This document shows positions 23,303-34,700 of a stretch of 64,000 nt of DNA, piece by piece. This DNA comes from Macrostomum lignano (lineage: Eukaryota). The position numbers and the translations under genes were made by a program. The first letter of the stretch is position 1; every line of letters starts with the position of its first letter. The stretch spans positions 192,303 to 256,302 of the forward strand of contig NIVC01000302.1 in NCBI GenBank assembly GCA_002269645.1, given 5' to 3'. Below the pieces are notes generated by a model, which was not told the origin of the DNA, did not search any database, and worked only from the letters and a program-made list of their open reading frames with translations.

Positions 23303-26015
23303 CTGACAGCGATGCAACTCAACCCAGCACCCCTTCCAGCCTGTTTGTTGATTGACTAAGTTCAATATCATTACAAACGCTGCAAATGCAGCAGCCTTTC
23401 TTAATGCGCTTCGTTCTCGCTCCTAATTGGCCTCTTAAAAAGGAATTTTTTAATTTCTTTCTCTATTCCTTTTTACATCTCTACCATTGCCATTTTTTCG
23501 TCAAATGCCTATCTTGTCGTTAACAGCAGAACGACCAAGGAGTGGTGGGAATTCACCCCCGCCTGCCTCTTGACAATTTTTGTTGCTGCATCGGAGCCTA
23601 GTAACTCAGGCACAAGAAATTCAAGAATATATTGAAACCATCTGTTGTGCACCACTCCAACAATTGCCAGTTATTCTGACTTTTCAGATATTCTTCAACA
23701 TATACCTGGGTGAAAAGGGGCCGAAAGATGTAAATTAAACTGTGTACCCTAATTGTTCTGATGGTGTCTCATAGTCACCCACGGCTACAGATAACTAGCA
23801 CCTGGGCTTTTTCCCATTTGAGTACAATATGCTGCATGCATCATTCTCAATTATCACTTTTCGATTCGACTTAGGTCAGCATATGGTTTCTCTGGTTCGT
23901 TCAAATTACGCTTAATAAGAAGATGCTACCGGGTGGGTATAGATCAGGGTTTTCAATATCCGGCCCTCGGGTTCTTTTGAAGCTTCACAAATTCTTGTGT
24001 CTCTTCAGCTCCCTTTTTTATGTCCTCTCTTATCTCCCCTCCCCTCCCCTCCTCTCCCATCTCCTCTCTTATCTCTTCTCTCCTCTTTCCTCCTCTCTCC
24101 TTTATTATCTCCGTTCTCTCCCCTCCTCTTCCCTCTCTCTCATCTTCCCTCTCATCTTCTCCCTCCTCTCTCATCTCCCCTCCTCTCCCCTCTTCTCTCT
24201 TTTTTCTTCTCTCTCTGACCCGCAGTCACGCGCTAGATTCTATACCTGACCTTTAAGTTAAAAACTTCTACCAAACGCCTTGGCAGGAAGAAGGACGCTA
24301 AGTCAGCTCGAGTTAAGGTTGGGTCACGTTCAAATTTACGAATAGAAAGTCATACCTGTCTGTAACCTGTCTCTAACCAATCTTTTAGCTGGCTTGAAAA
24401 AATGCAGATCAATGCAGTACATGTGCAGTTCCTTCAAACCATACAGTGTTTTGATTCATCGTCCAGTTAATACAGTTACAATGACAGTTAATACTCTAAC
24501 TATCAAAACAGCCCTTAACAAATTAACAACGAAACCATTAAGTAAATTCGTTTGCTCTGTACGACTATGAAAGTATTGGCTCCGCTACACCTCCCGTGCT
24601 CCCGCAGGATTGGCGCACATCGGACCAACGCGCCCTGATCCGTCACCACGCGGACGCTCTGCGCGAAGTTGTGCGCCATTGTTACAAATTCTATGGCCAA
24701 TCTCACTTATTAGAACTGCCAATCATTGAGTCTAATCAGCAGCGGCTAGTGTCTGAGTCAGACTTTGGGCCCTGCTTAGAAGCTGAGGAAGTTTTACCTG
24801 AATCGGAGCTGCACCCAGTTGACGTGGCGGCTGGCGAGGCTCGAAATCTTTCTGAACTGGTTGAGTCTCGAAATCTTTCTGAACTGGTTGAGTCTCGAAA
24901 TCTTTCTGAACTGGTTGAGTTTCGAAATCTTTCTAAACTGGTTGAGGCTCCAGTTTTCCCAGTACAGCTGCGGTCTCTTGGCACTCAGACTGGAGCGGTC
25001 GCAGATCCACCGCCTCCGCCGCCGCCACAGCCGCAGCAGAGCGCAATGTGGATTCGTGCACCAGCGAAAACTCTGTCTATTTCGGCCCCGATTGCTTCCA
25101 GGTGCTCATTTGGATTATTTGGATCTTGTGTGCGAAAATTGGTCGCGGTGGGTTGTTTCAAGGCACATAGAGTGTACAAGCCTGACGATTAGATAGTCAG
25201 GGCCGCTGTACACCCTGTGTGAGCGTGTGCGTGAGTGCCTGCCTGCGTACAGTATTGGCGCACTTTTATGTACTCGTAGCTCAGGAGTCAGTGGAATGGG
25301 CAGAATCGCCTCAGCACTGGTTGCGGGACGATGTTACCAAAGGCGTTATGCCAGGGTGCCCACAGGCATCTCGTAGCACTAGCGATTATGACAGGTCATT
25401 TTACTTTCTAGCTGTAAATTCACGACTGTCTGAATCCACCCGCATAGGTGCGGTCAAACCTGCATCGTGAAGCTGGAGTCGCGGTCTACGGATCCTCAGC
25501 CGCATCAACCAACGCTGCCGGAGCTGCAAGAACAGCTATCGGATCAGACTGCAGCTCGTGCATCGGGACCTCGATCGCCAGAAATTGTAGACCATCGTCG
25601 TCGAGTCACTGATGTCTCCCAATTACAGGACGACCCGTCAAGAAGTCCGTCAAACTCTGACAGCAGCAGCCAACGCGCAGCGAATGTTCGCCTGCCCGTT
25701 CTGGTCCGTCGCGGCCGTCCGGCTCGCCTTGACGAACTGGACGTTAATTCAATCCGCAGACTACTGCTCCACCTGGTCGGCCTGTGGAACTGGGGTACCG
25801 AAGATGTTGAACCGCGTCGCCGTAGGCCGCGTCGGATTCGTTGGGGCTGCAGCGACAAGCGGCCGGCCTGGTGGCCGCTGGACGTCATGCCGTTCCTTAG
25901 CATTAAGGACGACCGTCGGGCGCCGGATGATCGGCGGGACCTTTGTTATACTAGCGCTCTGCGCCAGGTTGTCAGGGCGTGCTATCGTTACTACGGCCAG
26001 GAGCACCTGATCTAA
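18983..26015 (+). CDS. Protein with two NRF1/EWG (Nrf1_DNA-bind)-like modules, 3 exons
   Basis: Exons 18983 (or 19046)-19678, 24608-25101, 25448-26015; the second donor GTGCTC is weak but in phase. Module 1: LPEPIVKGRRVQLEDMPINELRRFVPDLLKLVTGRTQLRWDDPAAMPLWWPDCLLPWRNVKQ|DWRTSDQR...ADALREVVRHCYKFYGQSHLL. Module 2: LPVLVRRGRPARLDELDVNSIRRLL...RWGCSDKRPAWWPLDVMPFLSIKDDRR...YTSALRQVVRACYRYYGQEHLI. Both align by eye to NRF1 LPPL.IDG....DKMT..QLRAFIP...GRGKPGWG....P.WWP..IPWANV...WTQALRTIVKNCYK.HG.EDLL. Confidence 0.8.
19720..19905 (-). mobile_element. tRNA-derived SINE-like element (copy 1)
   Basis: Minus strand has an A-box-like TCTCAGCGGCAAACGCGTC and a B box GGTTCGAATCC. About 55 bp of the body is shared with 53437-53490. 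Confidence 0.65.
20278..21680 (+). repeat. 31-32-bp G-rich minisatellite in intron 1 of the NRF1-like gene
   Basis: Unit GGGTTGCTGAGATGCCAAGGCTCACGGGGAGA. Confidence 0.96.
22162..23112 (-). CDS. Nested intronless secreted protein, 316 aa: Cys-rich N-terminal region plus LamG/concanavalin-like domain
   Basis: Continuous 951-nt ATG-to-stop ORF, GC-rich against AT-rich flanks. Signal peptide MLKLYAFILLTNAVTAVFA. The C-terminus FTWLLRLK...WIDIGLS...QMFFNG...IQIG...FLQGTVRAVAIANFSMTAAEIQRFF matches the LamG/pentraxin pattern by eye. Confidence 0.75.
   Translation of the reverse strand: MLKLYAFILLTNAVTAVFASCRTKWCKLGDRCLNETVAQGCWKAPSVAPCMMKAGASPGDLVAQWNERTAACCLFRYQTVCRHIQARNATESLSDSRCSVYRFSSLSRCSESVGARFVAAWLAGGGSRFDNLVCQAEPGNYRLHSENVDWTEDGAKFNGACSYAATEDVGNVVNGGSFTWLLRLKRQPRLQPFMEAGQCDNLGNFGPHFWEYSMPNMLFNRSPGLTGAKASQILPNNPNTWIDIGLSQSETDRQMFFNGSFVLSTGATAPTSSFCYIIQIGRRWPNHFLQGTVRAVAIANFSMTAAEIQRFFSTLP
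23244..23300. repeat. (GA)n microsatellite
   Basis: Direct observation. Confidence 0.95.
23945..24220. mobile_element. Degenerate relative of the CT-rich hAT MITE at 15834
   Basis: CGGCCCTCGGGTTCTTTTGAAGCTTCACAAATTC resembles CGGCACTCGGGGGTCCTTTGGAGCTTCACAAAATC at about 15856 and is followed by a similar CT-rich tract. The right TIR was not found. Confidence 0.5.
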
Positions 26016-26657
26016 TTTGACTGCCGCCAGCCTGCTAATTACGGTTATCTCTAGCAAATATTATAAAATTTCTGTCTGCTTGTGTCAGTCACTTTCGAAT
26101 GCATTTTTAATGAATTCGTTTCAATTATGTGCTGTTATAGTATCAGTTTCTAAATTTGTTGAAATGTTTCGGAAAATAATATTAAATTGCTCATTGCTGC
26201 GCCCGCGGAAAGGCCGATACGACTGCAGTGTGTAAAAATTGTGCATTATACGAGTAAAATTTGATGGTCCTTCTATACACATATCATCGCTCATTTTATA
26301 TAGTCTTTATATAGTCTCGGAATGTATGGCAAAAAAACTGTTGGCGGGTAATTTGTTTGTGCTAAGAAATTGACGAGCAATAACGTTTATCGTAATAAAT
26401 CGAGCTCTCTAGAAGATTTTGCAGATTCAGTATCTATGCTTTTTGATTAACTAAAAAATTTGTCACATTGGCGTCGCACTAATTTTAGGCAGTGATTGTT
26501 GGGCTCCCGTACCATCTTAGTCTCCTTCAATCTTTCAGATTGCATTAAAGTAGTATTGTAGCATTAATAGCGAGAGAATTGGCATCTTATCTTTCATTGG
26601 AATTGTGAAAAAGTACAAAAATGTAGTCGTTTCGTCTTGGCCCTAATTAGGAGAAAG

Positions 26658-26830
26658 ATCAGCTCAGCGGTAAACGCGTCTTGCTCTCGCGCCACGACAC
26701 GGTTGGTTCGATCAAGGACCACTCTATATACAGTGGTCCTTGGGTTCGATTCCGTGCGCGGGCAAATTCATTTGGGGTTTGTGCACGAGAATTGGTTCAG
26801 GTTGGATTTTTTATGCGATTCACACCCATG
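26658..26830 (+). mobile_element. tRNA-derived SINE-like element (copy 2) with an interrupted B box
   Basis: AGCTCAGCGGTAAACGCGTC (A-box-like) ... TTGGTTCGAT[insertion]TCCGTGC. The head is homologous to the copy at 19843-19900. Confidence 0.65.
26713..26742. mobile_element. 30-bp TIR-only insertion with 8-bp TSD
   Basis: CAAGGACCACT-ctatatac-AGTGGTCCTTG, flanked by GGTTCGAT at 26705-26712 and 26743-26750. Confidence 0.75.
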
Positions 26831-27079
26831 ATAGTCAACCCCCATACGTAGCTTATGAATCTGGCGGCTAACTAATGCGGTACCGTAACTTGGATGCACC
26901 GTAATTTAGGTGACAACGTCAATACACCGTAACTTGGTTGTTCTTTTTATATAAAGCAAATATTAATCGGCTACATGGAGCTAAATATTTCATATTTGAC
27001 CATGTTTTATCGAGGCATTGGGCCAGTGGATTTATATTTTGTTAAAAGAAAACTTGTTAAGTTCATCATTGTTTTAAAA

Positions 27080-27461
27080 GGGTCTCCCTAAAACACGCCC
27101 CGCACCGCCCCGACCGCTACACATTATAACATTTTTTGTCAATGCAGTATTTGATTGCAGAGGAAAGTATTTGTTGTAAGAGTAATGGAATAAATAAATT
27201 CAATTATCATTGTAAATAATAGCATTATTTTTCATTTTCTCGTTTCTATTATAAAATTATAGTATTATTATTTTACTAATATTACTATTTATATCACTTA
27301 TTATTCACCGAATTGTATATTTCATAGTAAAAAAAACTAAATTCGATACAAACTTGAAGCTTAACAGAGATCTAACTCACTTTGAAATGTCTTCAGTTTA
27401 GCCAAATTTGTTATAATGTGTAGCGGTTCGGGGCGGCGCGGGGCGTGTTTTAGGGAGACCC
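27080..27461. mobile_element. Foldback/MITE-like element with about 52-bp GC-rich TIRs
   Basis: GGGTCTCCCTAAAACACGCCCCGCACCGCCCCGACCGCTACACATTATAACA and its near-perfect reverse complement ending at 27461. AT-rich interior; no TSD seen. Confidence 0.75.
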
Positions 27462-28298
27462 GTTTTATAATGATTTGTCATCCTATGACTTACAAGAACT
27501 ACTACACGATCCTAACATCCTATATATTTACAAAAATCATATTAATCACCCAATACACACTTTTCGGAAAATTATTAAATATATAGACTTATATTGGCCA
27601 AACAGGCTAACTGCCTGAACCAACTTACTACTACTAATAAAATGTTATTGAAGGCATTATGGTGCAATACGCACCATATGCCTTAGTCTAACAAAATAGA
27701 ACTAACTACTAAATTTCAGAGTGCAATTTTCAAATTTTAGCCATCGCCTTTCTAGGCCTATCCATCCACACAAAAACATAGGGTGTTACTTTCAATGAAG
27801 ATAAATTGTAGATCTAAGGTTGAAGGATCCTAGGCTAGGTGCAGCTTTTCAAGTTGCTTTGTAGGCCAGGGTCCCAGGGGCAGGGACCCAGGGTAGGTGG
27901 CCTATTTTAATCTAGTCTATAGGCCTACTAGGCCTAGCCTATGCCTATGGTTTTAAAATAGTGTAAAAAGGGGCCTAAAATAACCAAAGCCTATTTTTGT
28001 GTTCATATCATATGATAGATTGGAAAATATTTTTTCTGGATATGTTTAATAACTTTATATTGATGATCTTACATTTTATAAGCTTTAATAAAAACAAGAT
28101 TAGGCCTATTCATTTTTTGCATATAAAAAAACCAAACTAATATAAATGAAATAAAAACATTTTTATATTATTTGATTGAATTTGGATTAGCCTATAATGC
28201 AAATATTAGCCAGGATACTAAGGTATAAGACTAAGACCAAGATGGCCATATATCAAAATGGCTACAACATTTAATCTCTTCTTCTGTCTATTCTATCG

Positions 28299-29030
28299 GG
28301 GTGCCAACAAAATGGCCACACGACAAACGGCCACACGATGTAATAATTTGTAATAATATGAGATAAGAGAAGTAGAGGGTTGAATGCACATTTAAGTAGA
28401 AAGATAAATGATGAACAATCGGGGGGGGGGGTGGCATACATGGGGGCCAAGGCATTAGTCAATTAAGAATAAAGGTGGATGGTTGCAGAGAGAGGAGCTG
28501 CAACCATCCACCTTTACTCAAATAACAATTTAACAACAGTGCAAAATATCTTATGGCAGTTAGTAGTTATCTCAGATGCGAAATTTTTCATTTCATTTTT
28601 CATTTTTAACAATGGACGACAGTTGTCCAAAGTGTTTACTTAGAGTCAGACCTCGCCAGCATGCATTGTGCTGCAATCGCTGCAGCAGATAGCACCATCG
28701 ACTTTGTCTGAAAGGTGAGTTGCTATTTCCTCTTTGCTTTTGGATCCTTTTCGGCCTACATAAATTTCACAATATATTCACTTCACTTATGAAAAAGAAA
28801 GAATCAAAATGAAAAAGAAGTGCATTCACTTCTTTTGCATTTTGATGCTGATGCAAGTACCAAAGCTAAAAATAACAAATAGAACATAACAACATAACAT
28901 AACAAATAGAACAAAGTCAATCTGCAACCCTTTTTGTTTTATGTGGCCGTTTTGTCATGTGGCCATTTTGACGGTGTGGCCGTTTTGTCGTATGGCTGTT
29001 CCGCGTGTGGCCATTTTGATGGGCATCCAT
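28299..29030. mobile_element. MITE-like element with repeated TGGCCACAC subterminal motifs
   Basis: Left end GGGTGCCAACAAAATGGCCACAC; right end reverse-complements to GGATGCCCATCAAAATGGCCACAC. Multiple GTGGCC motifs at the right end. Confidence 0.55.
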
Positions 29031-29733
29031 TTTATCTACTATTGATTTGCAAATTATAGTCTATTGTAATATCATTATCAAGTAGGCCCCTATATTTTAA
29101 CCAACTCTAAATACTAGGTCTATCCAATAATATATTTGAAATAAATTATTTTTAAGGCCTAATATTTCAATATTTTTTAGTTTTTGCATGCCCTACTAAT
29201 TAGTTTCAATTTTTTTCAATAATGATACTATTTAAAAAGTTTAACATGGAGTCATCTACAAGTATATTTATTAGTTTTAAATCTATTCTTATTGATATCA
29301 AATTTAAAGCTATGGTCATCCTGGTATATGGCTATCTTGGTCATGCTAATACTATATTATATATTAGTAATGTATCATAAAGTTGATGGTATATTATATA
29401 CTATTGGCTTAAGCAATCTTATAACACTATACTTATCTTTTTTAGATAATGTCTGTTCCAATAGAGGATTTTTCTTAGTCTGGGTGTTACTAGGACCAAT
29501 GGGTTATAGCTTATACTTTGGTAGATTTTCTGCCTTGAATTAGGTTCTTAGATTTTTAATCTAATTATTCTTACATAATCTTACCTATTGTAGATATTCT
29601 GCTATTAAGGCAATTTCTTAGATTCTAAATTTAGAGGTCTCATTCTAAATAGTTTATTCTCTCAATCTTTGGGCAATTATTCCAATGCTACTGTCTGCTA
29701 CTCAAAGTAATTAACATAGAAGTAAATGCTAGC

Positions 29734-30843
29734 CCCGTTGGATTTTGAGTTTTTAAAGTAGGCATGAAAGGTGAAGAGTTTTACACCTTCTGCCTCACTT
29801 TCGCCTCTTTTATGCCTATTTTGTGTCACTTGTGCACCGCGTGTTCACCTGAGTGCCTCTGCAGGGTCAGAAGGTGAATATAAGGCACAAAATAGGTGGT
29901 AGGGACACAGGTGTCATAGGGGAGTTCGGTGTATTAAAGGTGCACAGTGTGTATTGGAGGCACAAAAGGTGAACAAAGTAGGAATTGGGGGCATTGGTGG
30001 AGTGAAAGGTGAAAAAAGGTGCGCTGTGGTGGAGGTGCATAAAAAGTGTACAGTGTGTACTAGAGGCACAAAAGGTGAATAAAGGTGCACAGTGTGCATT
30101 GGAGGCACAAAAGGTGAACAAATGGTGCACAGTGGGCACTTTAGGTGTAGAGGCAATGCAAGGGGCATTCCAACTTGCAAAAATTCTTTGCTACTTTTCC
30201 TTACTATTCTTTAAACAGATTCAAAGCTTTTCATCACTTTTTGGAACTTTTCCTAAGTATTTGAAAGTTATTACAACTTACCAGTATAGGAAATGTTTAC
30301 TTTTGTGGTTTGTCAGGATCAGGAAGGGGATATCAGCAATTAGTATAGGTTTAAATAAAGCTTTTCTATGTTCGATCTGTGCGTGCAATGTACGAGTATG
30401 TAACTCTCAGTTAATTTTTTGTTACTGATTATTAATGCATTAATTCGTGCATAGGCATGAAAGGTGAGCGAGGTGCGCAGAAGAGGCACTTTTGGGGTCT
30501 ATTTCGAGCGTGTTTTGGAAATGCACCTGTATACATATTTACGCTGCAACATGTACACCTTATGCACCTCTGATTCACCTTTTGTGCACTTTCTGCGCCC
30601 CTTCAGCACCTTTACTGCCCCTACCGCCGCAGCCAATCAAAATTGAGAATTCACCTACTGCCTGACCACTTCACCGATTTTACACCTTTCATGCCTCTTT
30701 TCAAAAATATTGGTGACATTTAGGCATAAAAGGTGCACTCAGGTGCATTTCTAAAACACACACAAAATAGGCCACCAAAGTGCCTCTTTTGTGCACCTCG
30801 CTCACCTTTTGTGCCTCTGCAGGTGCATAACTTTTCCAACGGG
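29734..30843. repeat. Complex of direct and inverted GAGGCAC/AAAGGTG/GTGCAC motifs, probably a non-autonomous DNA element
   Basis: TAGGCATGAAAGGTG occurs at 29760 and 30453 and inverted at about 30683. Region 30455-30500 is an inverted match to 30780-30815. Ends CCCGTTGGA / TCCAACGGG. Confidence 0.45.
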
Positions 30844-31711
30844 AGCCCTAAGGCTTATTATCAATTTTATCTCCAAATAAAATAGCTGGAAAAATATCAG
30901 AATAGCTTGAATAATTAAGAGAAGAAAATAGGATCAAAAAGTGAGTTTATTTAATTTGGTTTTATCTTGTTCCTATTTGTACTAAAAATTTTCCTTATTT
31001 CCTTATTGTTTGAAACAAGAATCTGACAATAATATATAGAATATACAAACTATTTTTAATATTTGTACAATATAACAGAATAGGCAGAACTTTATAAATA
31101 CAATTTTCTAAGAAATAGAAATGAAGCCCATCACAAGTATATGTATTATATAAATATGCTTAATTGATTATATAAAAAATAATAGAAGTCTAGAAATTCT
31201 TAGAAGGGAGATACAAGCTATGTATCTGCCTTGGAACTATAATACAGTGCAAATGAGTCTAAATAAAGACAGACAACAAGCAAACAATTTAATACTTTTA
31301 TAAAAAAACATTGTTTTATCTCACTTGATTAATACTTGATATTTATACTAGTAAGAACATATGTCATCTTATCTATAGCATATTTTGACATGCTCTAAAA
31401 CTGGTCCAGCTAAATATTAGCAGTGATTATGGTAGACAAAATGTCAATTTTCAAAAAACAATCTGTAGGTTTTCTAACAAAGCAAATAGAATTTTTTACA
31501 CAAATAGAATATATATACAATTTCTGCTTAGTTTAAATATCATGCCAAAAAGGCATAGGCAACTTAGCACTGTTCCTACAACTTAGCAGGCTTATATCTA
31601 GACAAAAAAGCCACAAAACCAAGACAAGAGGACTTATTGACTAAAATTCCCCAGCTGACTGTATTGTTTCTTTCAGCCAGCCAATATCACTATTAAGGTT
31701 GAAGCCTCCGC

Positions 31712-34700
31712 ATGCCAAAGCAGCAGCGACGTACCTCAGCCGCCTGCAGTCGTCGCATAGCCGACTATTTTCTGCCAGCAAAATCGGCACCCAGTGCGCT
31801 CGAATCGTCCTGCTTTATTGTTGAAAATTGTAATGATAATGAGCAAAGCGAAGGTAGAAAGCTGCTATCCTCCGCGCCACTGGTGCGTCGTCAAGCATTC
31901 CTTGCTGCTGACTTTTGTCAGCCTGGGCCAGCTAGTGAGAAGGACTCGGATAAGGGAGTTTCTGCTTCCAGATTCTGTTGGCCTTTCCCGCCCGCTTGGT
32001 GCATCCACGTTGGCTGGCAAGCTCCAGCATCGCTGTTCAGTGACAGCTGTTTAGCTGGCGTGTGCACCGCTGACTGCACTACTGGCAGTGTACTTTATAA
32101 CTATGGCGATCGAGGGAACTCGGCTAGCTTGATTGACTCCGCCGCTGCTGTTGTCCAGTTCCGGTTGGACCGCCTGCCAATTGTTGGCGAACATTTCAAT
32201 ACAGCCGCTGAGTTGGCCAATGTGCGCGCATTGCAGCCAGGTTTCCCAGCTGGTCGCTACCTGACCGAGCTGCGTGCGGCTATTGCTAATACTAATGCTA
32301 ATAACAATAGAGGGCTACCTTGCTCCCGTCGCTCTCTTGACGAACTTCTGGCGCCTCGCTGCGCAGCTGGCGTGCTTGGCAACGCTGAAGCTGTGAGAAA
32401 TTTGTCAGATTGGCTGGCTTCAGCTGCAGTTTCGAATAGTAGTTGCTCGAATCGCGTGGCGCTAATTGAAGGCCCCGGCCGGAGCTGCGTAGCCCGGGCG
32501 ATTGCGCGTCAGCATGGCTTGCGCGTTTTTGAAATTGGCGCCGAGGAGCGGCGACACGGGGCTAAGCTGGCGCAGCGGCTGCACCAGGCGGCCACGTGTT
32601 GTCAGGTGGAGCGAAAGCGGCGTCATCGCAACGATTCGGACGCTGAAGATGAGACTGATTCGCTCGATGGCGCACCTGTAAGCTTGCGGTTAATGGCCTA
32701 TTGAGTGAGTTTACTGTATAAAAATATTCGCAGGAAGGTTTTAGGCACACTATTTGCGGGCAACATCGTCTCACTACTGGCGCTGATGGCAAGTCTGCAC
32801 ATTAACTTTAATTTTGACATCCTGAACTCAGACCCAGGCTGTCAAATGGCACTGGAATTCTAAATAAATACATAATTTATTATTTATATCTTAATATATA
32901 TCTACAGTTTATTTAGGTTTAGGCCCAGAGGGGAGACCCATTGCACAAACGCGCTCGCAGAACAGGCGGGAGTGGCAGGCAGCAGCAGCCTGAGAGGGGT
33001 CAGTGCAGAGCGCCTGCAAATTAGCGCTTGTAAAGCAAATTGACGCAATTTGTGTCAAATAAAATCGAATACAGCAACTGTATAAAATGTTTATAGCGGC
33101 CATCATAGCAAACTAGTTTCATTTACATAAAACTCAACGATGTTATTAAAAAATTGCGAAACACCTGCAAAACATCACGTGCTAATGCCGATTACCTAAA
33201 CGTGTTTTATTGGGCTAGTTTCTATCTAAAACTGACGACTAGAAGGGCCTGTCAACAGAGGCAAAAAATTAAATCCTAATCTCAAAGTCTATAGTTTCAT
33301 GCACGATATCACTGATGTGCGCAGGCTGATAAGGTTAAAAAAATGTTCTATACTGTCAGTCAAAAGTTCCGGAACCCTTGCTTGCTGGCTGAGTCTATGG
33401 AGCAAACACACATGGGAACGAATCGGTTTGCGCGCAGTGTTCAGCCTGGCTAACATTAGTCTATGGCCAAAACTTGTGTTGAAATCAACAGGCTCTTATG
33501 GATTCTTGTGCAGTCAGCTTTCATGTGAGAGTAAAAAAGAGTAAAAAACAATTGCTTGTTTGTCTTTTCCTCACTTTTTTTCTCTAACCTTTATGTACAT
33601 AACACTGGCCTGTTCACACGCGCTCCTTCGAATAAACTTTTTCTTGACCACATCATGGAGCTGAGATCCGCAGCTTTCATTTGAATCAAGTTACAATTGA
33701 AACGGACTGAAATTATGTCCGCTAGAAGACATCGTAGCAAGGGTTCCGGAACTTTTGACGGACAGTATACTTTCTATATTTGCTAAATTGCGGGGCAAAA
33801 AAATTCAGGTTGAAAAAGTTCACCCATTCATTCTAATGAAAGTTGAAACGTCCGCTACATACGATACAATTTCTGTTAATGTAATGGAGCTTTTGTCTAT
33901 GGTAGCAAGGCTGGCACAGCGGAATTTAATTTGGTCCAACAAGCATCAATTTGGTCCATAGCGACTATGAAACCCAGTAATGAGTTACAGCTGCAGTGTA
34001 TTACGATTTATATAAACAAATTTCACTGTGCCAATACAAGGTGACGTCACAAATGCAATCTGTTCAACTATAACAAAACAAAAAAAAGCATTTCAACATG
34101 TCAAAACTCCGCTTCCATCACGAGGTCCCTTGGCGTTTGTTCGACAGTCTTAGCAAATGGTCCACGATTATGTGACTGATCTTGCTCCCCTGCAACAGTT
34201 GCAAATGAGACATTGCTCTCGTCCTCACTGCTTGTGTCAGTCATGTCTGAATTAAGATCTGGGGGTGAAGCCAAAGATCATATATACACAAGATGGGCCA
34301 TCATTCACCGCTTATGTGGCCATAGAAGCTAATGTAAAAGAAGAAGCAACTCGCGACAGCGCGAGAATCAGCTACTGAACTCAGTAGTCTCTACAGTGCA
34401 TGCATCATTTTTAATTTGATTGAGTAGCTTTTTATTTATTTCATGAAAAGTTCTATCACATTCTCAAAAATAGCGTCCCTAAGCTACTGAACTCAAAATT
34501 TAAGCAACCCATGTCGGGTTTTTTTCGCACAAGTGACGAAAAACAGCGGTCGCGCTTTCCCTATTGCTGCAATACAAAGTGGCGCATTTAGGGAATAAAG
34601 ATCTATGGGTGATGCTATGAACGAAATTAAATGCTACTGTGCCAGCCTTGCTACCATAGACAGAAGCTCCATTACTTTGGCAAACGTATCTTGGATTAGG

